NCBI GenBank assembly: GCA_947168885.1
Contig: CAMVNQ010000003.1
Coordinates: forward strand, 189,140-253,139
DNA: 64,000 nt
Direction of reading: 5' to 3'
Source of the DNA: an uncultured Clostridia bacterium
GTDB taxonomy: Bacteria > Bacillota > Clostridia > Oscillospirales > Ruminococcaceae
Every line of letters begins with the position of its first letter. Position 1 is the first letter of the stretch. The translations under genes were made by a program, and so were the position numbers. The notes under the pieces are model-generated. The model saw nothing but the letters and a program-made list of their open reading frames with translations, had not been told where the DNA came from and did no database searches. Below are positions 1-8,993 of the stretch, piece after piece.

Positions 1-800
1 ATTTCTTCGAGCTGGTTCTCATAGTGCCGCCAAGCAATCTCAAGGTCTTCTTCCTTTTGTTTACGGTAGATGCTGTAACTGCCCTTATAGACGGTAAGCC
101 GCTTGTTTTCAAGCTCGAATGTCCGGTTCGTGACCGTGTCAAGAAAATAACGGTCATGCGAGATGATGATATACGCGCCGCGGTATTCGAGCAGGAACTT
201 TTCGAGCCATGTCGAAGCCGCTATATCGAGGTGGTTGGTAGGCTCGTCGAGAAGCAGGAGATTTGCGCCCGAAAGCAGGAGTTTTGCAAGCTGGACCTTC
301 GCTTTTTCACCGCCGCTCAGCACCGAGACCGGCTTTTCCTGCTCCGCGAGAGAAAAGCCGAGACCGAGAAGGCTGCTCATTGCGCGGGTGCGGTAGGTCA
401 GACCACCGTCCGCCTCAAAGCGCTCGCGGAGCTGCATCTGCTTTTCAAGCATTTCGTGGGAGTTGTCGCCCGCGTCGATCAGCGAGTTCACTTCGTCGAG
501 CTCACGTTCGAGCTCCATAACCGGAGCGAACACCGAAAGCACCTCATCATAAACGCTCACCGAGCTTTCACGGATGACGTGCTGCTCCATATAGCCGAGA
601 ACGGCATCCTTCGACTTGACGAACTCGCCGCCGTCGTATTCCACTTCACCGCATATCGCCTTGAAAAGCGTGGTCTTGCCGCAGCCGTTTACCCCGACGA
701 GACCTATGCGGTCATCTTTTTCTACCTCAAATGTTACTCCGCCGAAGATAAGCTCCGCGCCGAAGTAAAGAGTTATGTCCTTTGCGTTGAATATTGCCAT
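1..800 (-). CDS. ABC-F family ATP-binding protein, 5' part (runs off window start)
   Basis: ATG at 800, MAIFNAKDITLYFGAELIFGGVTFEVEKDDRIGLVGVNGCGKTTL (Walker A); no stop before position 1, so absent from ORF track. Confidence 0.85.
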   Translation of the reverse strand, partial: MAIFNAKDITLYFGAELIFGGVTFEVEKDDRIGLVGVNGCGKTTLFKAICGEVEYDGGEFVKSKDAVLGYMEQHVIRESSVSVYDEVLSVFAPVMELERELDEVNSLIDAGDNSHEMLEKQMQLRERFEADGGLTYRTRAMSSLLGLGFSLAEQEKPVSVLSGGEKAKVQLAKLLLSGANLLLLDEPTNHLDIAASTWLEKFLLEYRGAYIIISHDRYFLDTVTNRTFELENKRLTVYKGSYSIYRKQKEEDLEIAWRHYENQLEE

Positions 801-834
801 TTTTTCTTCCGTTCTGTTTGCCTTTTCTTTTTTG

Positions 835-2124
835 TCACAGTCTGACTGTGATCGTAAAGCTTTTCCCGTCCTTGCTGACCGCGTCTGTCTTACCGCCGTG
901 AGTCTGGACTATTGACTGCGCCATGGAAAGCCCGATGCCATATCCCGGAGTATCGCTGTTGCGCGACGCGTCACCTCGCCGGAAGCGGTCGAAGAACTCG
1001 GGGTGAGCGCCCTTTTCTATGCCCTCCGCCGTGTTCTCGGAAACAATATATATACGCCTGCCCTTTTTCGTGAGCGTAAACGTTATTGTCCCGCCCTCGG
1101 GAGTGTATTTCACCGCGTTGTCCGCAATTATCGAACACAGCTTGGCGATAAGACCCTTGTCGCCCCTGAAGCTTATATCAGGCATTATCTCGGTTTTAAG
1201 CGTTACGCCTTTTAGCTCTGCCGGTATTACAAACGGGTCGAGGATCTCCGTTACCGTTTCAGACAGCCCGAACACTTCAAAATCGGGTTTTGCACCGCTC
1301 TCGTCCATTCTCGCAAGCGCGACGAGTTCCTTCGTCAGAGTCGCAAGCCGTTCGGTCTGTGCGGCGATTCCCTTTGTCCACTTGCTTTCTCCCTGCTCCA
1401 TTTCAATGACTTCGTTGCAGGAATTGATTACCGCGAGCGGAGTTTTAAGTTCATGTCCCGCGTCGGTGATAAATTTCTTCTGCTTCTCATAGCTTTCGGC
1501 AGCAGGTCTTATCACTGCGCCAGAAAGTATGAATATCAGCACGAAGATCGCTGCCGACGCACCGAGCGAAACGAGAATGCTTATCGTCATAAATCCGCGC
1601 ATATCGCGAAGCGCCCGCGAACGGTCAACAAACACGCAGAGATTGTTGTCTGTCTGGCGTGTTATCAGGAATCTGTAATCACCGTAATATCCGCTCTCTG
1701 CGCCCTGCGAGAAAAGGGTCTGTGCAAGTCCGAGGGCTTCATCGGAACCTACCGCGGCTATCTTTCCTGTATCTATCGTCACAGGGTCGCCGTTGTCTTT
1801 AAGGATCACCGTGAAAAAGCGCGTTTCATACGGCGTTTCAGCAGTCATAAATCCACGCTGACCGATGCCGTACCGGTGATCGCGCAGAAACTCGCCCTCC
1901 GGAAGTTCCGGAGGTGCCGCGTCGTCACGCTGCCAATCATCCTTGCCGCGGGGAAACGCACCGAAGCTTCCGCCGTTATCCGCGAGATAACGCAGGAGCA
2001 TATCGGCTTCGTTTGCGGAATTGATACGGTTTATTATGTTTATTGCCGCGACTATCAGCGCGAGCACCGCGATGACAGAGATCATTGATGTGACAATGAA
2101 GCTCCGTCTTAACTTCTTTATCAT
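835..2124 (-). CDS. Sensor histidine kinase (HisKA/HATPase), no adjacent response regulator
   Basis: Two TM segments, H-box DAGHELKTPL, N-box DNAVKY, G2 GYGIGLS. Confidence 0.9.
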   Translation of the reverse strand: MIKKLRRSFIVTSMISVIAVLALIVAAINIINRINSANEADMLLRYLADNGGSFGAFPRGKDDWQRDDAAPPELPEGEFLRDHRYGIGQRGFMTAETPYETRFFTVILKDNGDPVTIDTGKIAAVGSDEALGLAQTLFSQGAESGYYGDYRFLITRQTDNNLCVFVDRSRALRDMRGFMTISILVSLGASAAIFVLIFILSGAVIRPAAESYEKQKKFITDAGHELKTPLAVINSCNEVIEMEQGESKWTKGIAAQTERLATLTKELVALARMDESGAKPDFEVFGLSETVTEILDPFVIPAELKGVTLKTEIMPDISFRGDKGLIAKLCSIIADNAVKYTPEGGTITFTLTKKGRRIYIVSENTAEGIEKGAHPEFFDRFRRGDASRNSDTPGYGIGLSMAQSIVQTHGGKTDAVSKDGKSFTITVRL

Positions 2125-2160
2125 AATAATTCTCCATACGATATTTAATGTCTGCTCATC

Positions 2161-2399
2161 AACCGCGAATCGGCTTCAAAGCGCAGCTTGAAGCTAATTC
2201 GCGGTTGCAAAAGTGCAAGGGAAATCACAAAAATTCAAATTTGCCTTGCACTTTTGTTCGCCCGAAGGCGAAATGAGCTTGACATCAAGGAATGTGTCCG
2301 CTGTAAAACTCGCTGAAGGCGCGTTTTACAGCGATCCCAAATCCTGTAAAACAAGATTTGGGACAACAACTGCCAAACGGCAGTTGTTGAGGACACATT
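2161..2399 (-). ncRNA. Highly structured intergenic element / candidate leader RNA or repeat
   Basis: Three consecutive hairpins (one with C(UUCG)G on the minus strand) plus a closed four-way junction, between a consensus promoter and the kinase start. Confidence 0.4.
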
Positions 2400-2408
2400 T
2401 TTTATATG

Positions 2409-2437
2409 ATTTTACCATATAATCGGAAAAATGTCAA
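2409..2437 (-). promoter_or_regulatory. Sigma-A promoter facing the structured element and kinase
   Basis: TTGACA-17-TAAAAT on minus strand. Confidence 0.7.
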
Positions 2438-2463
2438 CGTTTTGCGCGTTCAGAGTCCCGCCG

Positions 2464-2492
2464 TTGACAATCGGCTCGTTATGCGGTATAAT
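2464..2492 (+). promoter_or_regulatory. Sigma-A promoter of rmuC
   Basis: Perfect TTGACA-17-TATAAT. Confidence 0.8.
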
Positions 2493-2520
2493 GTTGTTAT
2501 CAGATAAATCGGAGGTCATT

Positions 2521-3984
2521 ATGGAAATAGCTATACTTGCGTGCTGTGCAGTCATCATAATACTGCTGATAATAATACTCATTCGTACCGGCACAAAAAA
2601 CAGCGGTGATGCGGACAAGATAAAGGACAGCGTCGAATCCGGAAACCGCGCCGTACTCGATCAGCTTGCGCGGCAGAACGATTCGGTCTCGGGAATGATC
2701 GAGCGTCATGTCGGACTTCTCGGAGACAAGATCGGAAGCGAACAGAACGGTATGAAAACGTCGCTCACCGAAAACCTCGAAAAGCTTTACGCCGAGATGA
2801 CAGAGCTTCGCAGAGAGAACCGCGAGGGAATCGAGAGCATCAATAAGATCGTGACCGAGAAGATGCAGCAGACACTCACCGACTCTAACGCCGGTATCGT
2901 GCGCAACGTCTCGGAACTCGGCAGGAACCTCAGCACCGAGCAGGAAAAGCAGCTCCGGCTCACCGAGGAGAAGCTGAAAAAGCTTGAGGACGGTTTCGAC
3001 AAGATAAGAATGGATATTCTCGGCGCGCTTAAATCAATGAATGAAACCAACTCCGCAAATATGACGAAGCTTATGTCCGAGAACCGCGAGAGCCTTGACC
3101 GCATAAACGGCACGGTCAACGAGAAGCTCCAGAAAACGCTTGACGACAAGATCACCCAGTCATTCGAGACGGTAAACAAGCGTCTCGCCGAAGTATATGA
3201 AGGTCTCGGCGAAATGAAGAATGTCGCTTCCGGCGTAAACGACCTCAAAAACGTGCTCTCGAACGTAAAAACGCGCGGCATCGTCGGTGAATTCCAGCTC
3301 TCCGCGATACTCGCCGAGATACTCGCGCCGGAGCAGTACTGTGAGCAGGAAGCGATGATACCGGGAAGCACCGAACGCGTCGATTTTGCGATAAAGCTTC
3401 CGGGGCTTGAAAACGGCGAGTATGTTTATCTGCCGATAGACTCGAAGTTCCCCGGAGATACATATTCCGCACTTGTGCAGGCTTACGAAGGCGGCAGCGC
3501 CGACGACATCAGGGATAAGCGCGTAAAGCTCGAACGCCGCATAAAAGACGAAGCAAAGAGCATCCGCGACAAATACATCTCCCCGCCGCACACGACTGAT
3601 TTCGCGATAATGTTCCTGCCTTTCGAGGGGCTGTATTCCGAGGTCGTGAATATGGGACTCGTTGAAGTTCTCCAGCGCGACTATAAGGTCAATATAGCGG
3701 GACCTTCGACAATGGCGGCTATGCTGAACAGCCTTCGTATGGGCTTCCGCACGCTCGCGATACAGAAAAAGAGCGGTGAGGTATGGCAGATACTCGAAGC
3801 GGTTAAAAAGGAATTCTCGACATTCGGGGATGTTCTCTCAAAAACGAGAAACAATCTGCGTCTTGCGGACGAAAGCCTTGATAAGCTCATCGGTACCCGC
3901 ACCAACGCAATAAACCGCAAGCTCCGCAACGTCTCCCAGACAGACAGCCTTGAGACTGCCCAGGAGATCATAGATTCGGACTGA
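2521..3984 (+). CDS. rmuC: DNA recombination protein RmuC
   Basis: GGAGG RBS; N-terminal TM, long coiled coil, NVKTRGIVGE, LPIDSKFP and PPHTTDFAIMFLPFEGLY motifs. Confidence 0.92.
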   Translation: MEIAILACCAVIIILLIIILIRTGTKNSGDADKIKDSVESGNRAVLDQLARQNDSVSGMIERHVGLLGDKIGSEQNGMKTSLTENLEKLYAEMTELRRENREGIESINKIVTEKMQQTLTDSNAGIVRNVSELGRNLSTEQEKQLRLTEEKLKKLEDGFDKIRMDILGALKSMNETNSANMTKLMSENRESLDRINGTVNEKLQKTLDDKITQSFETVNKRLAEVYEGLGEMKNVASGVNDLKNVLSNVKTRGIVGEFQLSAILAEILAPEQYCEQEAMIPGSTERVDFAIKLPGLENGEYVYLPIDSKFPGDTYSALVQAYEGGSADDIRDKRVKLERRIKDEAKSIRDKYISPPHTTDFAIMFLPFEGLYSEVVNMGLVEVLQRDYKVNIAGPSTMAAMLNSLRMGFRTLAIQKKSGEVWQILEAVKKEFSTFGDVLSKTRNNLRLADESLDKLIGTRTNAINRKLRNVSQTDSLETAQEIIDSD

Positions 3985-3985
3985 A

Positions 3986-4110
3986 TCCGCGGGCGCGCAC
4001 GGGGTTCCGCCCCGTGACCCCGCGGGGGAGGAAGAAAACCTTTTTGTAGAACGAAAAGGCTTTTCTCCCTCCCCTCGACCCCTCTCTCTTTCCAAAAAAA
4101 CTTTAATAGC
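3986..4110. repeat. GC-rich REP-like hairpin cluster (copy A)
   Basis: CACGGGG-ttccg-CCCCGTG and GGGGAGG...CCTCCCC stems; same module architecture as 12855 and 54653. Confidence 0.6.
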
Positions 4111-4206
4111 TGCCGCGTATGGCTCGACAGTTTCTGCACAATACATAAAAACAGCAGGCCCGAATGTACAGGTCTGCTGTATTTTTTGGATCAACCGGTG
4201 CGGCGA

Positions 4207-4719
4207 TCACCATAAATGAAGCAGCATCATAACTCCGGGTATCCACGCCGTAACAACGCCCTCGAATATCTGGAGCACGGGAACGAACTTTCCGAGCTTC
4301 TTCCCGAAAAGCGCGGGAAGAGATGTTCCCCAGAGAAGCGCCCAGAGCCACCATATCGCCGCCCAGCGTATATCCGGCGTTATGCCGAGCGCCGCACAGC
4401 CGGTAATGCCTTCGACGATACCGAAGACGACCGCGTTTACCGCGACAAATACCGAGAAGATGTGGAACGGCTTGTCGTCGAGCGAAAACAGATCAAGCGC
4501 CGCTACGAAAAGATAAGTGAAGCAGAACAGCAGTCCCGTTCCCGCAGCATAATAATTGCCCTGTATCAGACTGAGGACATTGATGATGAGCGAGAGTCCG
4601 CCTGTAAAAATGTTCATTACCGCGGCGGAACGCGGACTCGCTTTGAGGAGCGTGCAGGCACCGTTGTTGATAAGTACGGCTCCCACAAAAAGCAGACAAA
4701 CTCCGAGCAATTCAGTCAC
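4207..4719 (-). CDS. AmiS/UreI family urea/amide channel
   Basis: Six-TM protein, LLFVGAVLINNG start, GLLFCFTYLF and WWLWALLW motifs. Confidence 0.85.
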   Translation of the reverse strand: MTELLGVCLLFVGAVLINNGACTLLKASPRSAAVMNIFTGGLSLIINVLSLIQGNYYAAGTGLLFCFTYLFVAALDLFSLDDKPFHIFSVFVAVNAVVFGIVEGITGCAALGITPDIRWAAIWWLWALLWGTSLPALFGKKLGKFVPVLQIFEGVVTAWIPGVMMLLHLW

Positions 4720-4722
4720 CTC

Positions 4723-6465
4723 TCATCGGTCAGCAACGGTCTCCCACTTAAGACCCTTTCCGCTTGTGAATTTTCTCGTTTCTTCCAAAGGCATGGGTTT
4801 TCCGAAGTAATAGCCCTGACACTTATCACAGCCTATCGCTTTAAGGAACTCATAGTGCTCCTGAGTTTCGACGCCTTCGGTAAGCGGCTTTACGCCCATT
4901 TCCACTGCGGCGTAAACTATGTAGTTGATAAGGTTGCCGGTACGGGGATTCTTGTCATAGGTGCGAAGGAATTCCATATCGAGCTTAAGTACGTCGAAAT
5001 CGTATTCCATAAGCGTGTTGAGCGAGGAATAACCGCTTCCGAAGTCGTCTATCCAGATCTGATAACCCGATGTGCGGAACTTCTTGCAATCGCCTTTCAG
5101 ATGATCGGACTTGTCGTTCAGGGCGCTTTCCGTTATCTCAATATCAAGCATCTCGCGCGGCACATTGTAAAAGCGGCGATAGCCCTCTACCACCTCAACT
5201 ATGTTGCAGAGCTCAAAGTCAAGACGCGAAAGGTTGACCGAAACGGGAACTATCGGGTCTCCGCGGTCACGGAGCCGCGCATAGTCCTCGCAGACCTTCT
5301 TCACAACAAAACTGTCTATTTTGTGGATAAGGTGGAATTTTTCGAGTGTTTCGATGAAATCCGCGGGGGACAGAAAGCCGAATTTTGGGTCTATCCAGCG
5401 CGCAAGAGCCTCATATCCGCAGATCTCACCTGTCGCAACGCGGATAACGGGCTGATAGAACACCTTTATGTATTCCTTCTCTACCGCGTCGTCGATATAA
5501 TCGACGATATACTGCTGACGGCGGAGCTTTTCATAAAGCGTTACGTCGTATATGCTGTATATCACATCGTAGCGGTGCTTTACGGTGTTGCAGGCAAGAC
5601 GTGCGTGGTCGCACGCGAGACCTACTTCCGTGCAGGTATCGTCGAGCTCATAGATACCCGCGCGTATCTCAACACGCGTACCCTCGATTATCTGCACGAC
5701 CGCATTGTGCACTTTTTCAACAAGATCCTTAACGTTTTCCGCAACAGTGCATACGACAAAGTGGTCGTTCGAGAAGCGCGCTATGATGCTGTAATCGCCG
5801 AAGATGCCGCGGATAGTGTACGCGACGCGGCAGAGCAGATCATCTCCGCGCTGGAAGCCGTAGCGCTCGTTGAATATCTTGAAATTGGTTATATCGAAGT
5901 GAACGAACGTGAATTTCGCCTGTGAACGCTTTTCGGGGTCAGAGATAAGCTCCTGTACCTTCTGATAGAACGTGGACATATTGTAAAGCCCGGTAAGGCG
6001 GTCTGTGTTCTGGTTCATAGAGAATATCTGTGTCTCCGCGAAGCTGTTGCGGCTTCGGTTCAGATACTCGTTCTTGTCTATATCGACGATGTAAACGTAA
6101 AAGTAGCTTTTGCCGTGCTCGCCGTGGAGCAGATGGCCGAAGTCCTCTATGTAGCGCACCTCGCCTGTCTTTGCGATTATACGGTAGCGCACATAGTCGT
6201 GGCGCTTCTCTATGGTCATAGTCTGTGACTGTATCTCGTTCTGTATCTTATCATAATCTTCGGGGTGGACCATACCCTTGAAGCTGTTTCCGGTATATTC
6301 GCGGAACTCCTCCATCGTCTCACAGCCATACAGCTTTATGACGTTATCCTCTGCGAAGAGTATTTCTTCCTTACCTCCGACGTTGTAGATGAAAAACCCT
6401 CCCGGAAGCCCCGTTGGTATATATTTCTCATTTCCGCTTACTACCCTGCTGCTGTCATCGCTCAT
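4723..6465 (-). CDS. PAS + degenerate GGDEF + EAL c-di-GMP phosphodiesterase
   Basis: PAS (VHPEDY), GGDEF site reads FSNDHF, intact YEALARW and DDFGSGYSS. Confidence 0.9.
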   Translation of the reverse strand: MSDDSSRVVSGNEKYIPTGLPGGFFIYNVGGKEEILFAEDNVIKLYGCETMEEFREYTGNSFKGMVHPEDYDKIQNEIQSQTMTIEKRHDYVRYRIIAKTGEVRYIEDFGHLLHGEHGKSYFYVYIVDIDKNEYLNRSRNSFAETQIFSMNQNTDRLTGLYNMSTFYQKVQELISDPEKRSQAKFTFVHFDITNFKIFNERYGFQRGDDLLCRVAYTIRGIFGDYSIIARFSNDHFVVCTVAENVKDLVEKVHNAVVQIIEGTRVEIRAGIYELDDTCTEVGLACDHARLACNTVKHRYDVIYSIYDVTLYEKLRRQQYIVDYIDDAVEKEYIKVFYQPVIRVATGEICGYEALARWIDPKFGFLSPADFIETLEKFHLIHKIDSFVVKKVCEDYARLRDRGDPIVPVSVNLSRLDFELCNIVEVVEGYRRFYNVPREMLDIEITESALNDKSDHLKGDCKKFRTSGYQIWIDDFGSGYSSLNTLMEYDFDVLKLDMEFLRTYDKNPRTGNLINYIVYAAVEMGVKPLTEGVETQEHYEFLKAIGCDKCQGYYFGKPMPLEETRKFTSGKGLKWETVADR

Positions 6466-6618
6466 ATATTATCCCTCCTTGTCGGGCAACAGATTTCTTG
6501 CTTCAGACATATTTTTACTTGTATATTATACACTATTGTCTTAAAATTTTCAATATTTTTTATTCTGAAAATATATAATTTTTTACAGATGCCGACAAAC
6601 ACACGGACAAAACATCAT

Positions 6619-6655
6619 AACGCCTCTTACCCCCAATTCGGGTAAGAGGCGTTTT
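6619..6655. terminator. Intrinsic terminator-like hairpin
   Basis: AACGCCTCTTACCC/GGGTAAGAGGCGTT stem immediately after the stop at 6656. Confidence 0.7.
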
Positions 6656-7789
6656 TCAGCGGTATTCTCCGTACTCACAGCCTATCCTGTCGGCTTTTAT
6701 CTCATCTATAAGCGTTCTTCTGCCGTCTGACGACTTTTTATACAGGCGTATCAGCCCCACGCCGTTGCCCCCGTTCCAAAGCCGGTTGTGACGCTTCGAA
6801 CCGTCGGGAGCTTCATAGTTCACGAGCAGCATATCCTTTTTCCGGCAGCGCACCCGGGTTGTCATGACGGCATTGTTGTTTTCCTGCACAACGTACCAGA
6901 ATATTTCGCTGCCGGTCTCCTTTGAGCGGAACACAGTCTTTGTGCCCGTCCACGGCTTCGAGAAGTTGAACTCATAGGGCGTGCCCTCATACAGAAATGC
7001 GCCGAGGAGCTTGCGTTTAAGCGGAACGCCGTAAATCTTCGGACAGCCGCCGCCGATGTCGAAAACGCTGTTTTCAAGGCGCTTTCCGGTCCTTGTACTT
7101 ATAAGGCTCCACGACGAGAGCCATACCCACGGACTTGTAAAGTTTCTGCCCCAGTTCTTGTCTGCATAGCCGTAGGAAGTCCCGGGAGTTACGGTATAGT
7201 GCTCGCCGTTGAGGGTCACAGTCCCCTTATACAGCGACTTCATACCTTCGGCGTGCCAGTACATTTCGAATGCTTTCGCCTTACGGAGCGGCTCGCTTGC
7301 GCCATATCCGACGTTGAACGGTATCTTCTTGTCGATGCGAAGATCCCACTGCATACTTCCGACACCACACATATAGCCGGGGTCGAGAGCCTGTTCTTCG
7401 GTGACGGTGACACTTCCGCGGAGGATAGTTTCCGAGACCGTGCAGTCGTCGATATGCACCATAAACGGTACGCTGTCGGTGATGCGCACCTTGTTCCACG
7501 GGAAGAAGCGGTGAAGCTGACATTTTCCCTCGCCCCAGCAGCCGGCTTTTACCATAAGATAGGACGGTCTTTTATGGCGTGCGCGGTTTTCGGGGGATTG
7601 ACCGAGTACAGGAACATCTTTGCCGAGTGCGGGATTGCAGGTGAAGAATTCCACAAAGAACTGTTTTTCCTCGCCTGTTCTGTCATTTACACCGGTGAAG
7701 CTGTGCCACCACCAGTCGTAGCCCTCAAAGGCGAATGTTCCGTCGAGCATGAACGCGTCGCGCTCGATGTCATGTGTGTTGAACGGCAT
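6656..7789 (-). CDS. Tocopherol cyclase-like family protein (function unknown)
   Basis: YDWWWHSF, YWHAEGM, YGYADKNWG and WVWLSS aromatic motifs; start 7789 or 7798 after AAAGGA. Confidence 0.7.
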   Translation of the reverse strand: MPFNTHDIERDAFMLDGTFAFEGYDWWWHSFTGVNDRTGEEKQFFVEFFTCNPALGKDVPVLGQSPENRARHKRPSYLMVKAGCWGEGKCQLHRFFPWNKVRITDSVPFMVHIDDCTVSETILRGSVTVTEEQALDPGYMCGVGSMQWDLRIDKKIPFNVGYGASEPLRKAKAFEMYWHAEGMKSLYKGTVTLNGEHYTVTPGTSYGYADKNWGRNFTSPWVWLSSWSLISTRTGKRLENSVFDIGGGCPKIYGVPLKRKLLGAFLYEGTPYEFNFSKPWTGTKTVFRSKETGSEIFWYVVQENNNAVMTTRVRCRKKDMLLVNYEAPDGSKRHNRLWNGGNGVGLIRLYKKSSDGRRTLIDEIKADRIGCEYGEYR

Positions 7790-7859
7790 TGTTATCATAT
7801 CCTTTCTCATCTGATACATTAATGAATAATCCGGATTTTGCGCGGAGATGAATTCCCGG

Positions 7860-8168
7860 CTACATCAGACTTATTATCAATCCCGTAATATACGCCGCCG
7901 CAGACGCAGAAAGCGCCACAACTATCAGCGGAAGTCCGAAATACGCAAGTATCATCGCCGCAGCGGCACCGACAGCCGCAGAAATAACACTTCCCGTCGC
8001 GAAGAATATTGCCGGTATCGTCATAGCGCTAAGTACCGCGTACGGGATATAATACAGAAAACTCTTCAGGAAGCGCGACTTTATCTTCTCGCGGAACATC
8101 GTGAACGGTACCATTCGTATGATATAGGTGACACCCGCCATTACCGCAATGTATATAACGATGCTCAC
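7860..8168 (-). CDS. azlD: AzlD family membrane protein
   Basis: VTYIIRMVPF and FLYYIPYAVLSAM motifs; overlaps azlC stop. Confidence 0.88.
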   Translation of the reverse strand: MSIVIYIAVMAGVTYIIRMVPFTMFREKIKSRFLKSFLYYIPYAVLSAMTIPAIFFATGSVISAAVGAAAAMILAYFGLPLIVVALSASAAAYITGLIISLM

Positions 8169-8881
8169 GGCTGCACCTCCGTTTCATCGTCTTCGTCAGC
8201 CTGTGGGAAAACAAGCGCACATACCACCGCCGCGATAACCGCGCAGATGATCACCGAAAAGCCCGACGATATGAACGGAAGCAGGAAGTATATTATACAG
8301 CTCACCGCCGCGGCGATAAGCACCGCCACGAGCACGCCCTTTTCCTTCCGCGCGGGAGGTATGATGATCGCAAGGAACATCCCGTACAGCATAAGTCCCA
8401 GCGCGTCAGACACGTCCGCAGGAAGAAGGCTCCCCGCCGCAGCGCCGAGTATCGTCCCGAGCACCCACCCGACCGTTGAGATAAGTATCATTCCGTACAT
8501 ATACCACGGCGTTATCTTCCCGGGCTGTGCGGACGCAAGAGCGAATATCTCGTCCGTGATACCGTATGAAACGATAAGCCTGCGCGGAGTCGTAAAGCTC
8601 TTGTCTAGCTTCTGCGAGAGCGAGAGCGACATAAGCGAATAGCGAAGATTTATCGTGAACTGTGCAAGTATCATCTCGACAAGCGAGCCGCCTGCCGCGA
8701 TTATACCTACGCCCGCAGCCTGACCGGCAGAAGTGAGATTGAAAAGCGAGACCGCGGCGGCTTCCATTACTGTAAGCCCCGATTTTACCGCGGTTATGCC
8801 GAATCCGAACGAAACAGAAAGATACCCGAGAAAAATGGGTATCCCGTGTACAAGACCTTTCAGAAAGTGCTGGAATTTCAA
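8165..8881 (-). CDS. azlC: AzlC family branched-chain amino acid exporter
   Basis: TTG start after GGAG; GIPIFLGY, SAGQ, NLRYSLMS, ITDEIFA. Confidence 0.9.
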   Translation of the reverse strand: MKFQHFLKGLVHGIPIFLGYLSVSFGFGITAVKSGLTVMEAAAVSLFNLTSAGQAAGVGIIAAGGSLVEMILAQFTINLRYSLMSLSLSQKLDKSFTTPRRLIVSYGITDEIFALASAQPGKITPWYMYGMILISTVGWVLGTILGAAAGSLLPADVSDALGLMLYGMFLAIIIPPARKEKGVLVAVLIAAAVSCIIYFLLPFISSGFSVIICAVIAAVVCALVFPQADEDDETEVQP

Positions 8882-8993
8882 AACTTTGTCTCCTTATATA
8901 TATCTGTACATTCATTCTATCACATCACGGGACGAATGTCAACCGCATAAAAAGCAGGTTCTCCCCCGCAGTAAGCGAGGGAGAACTATCGTT

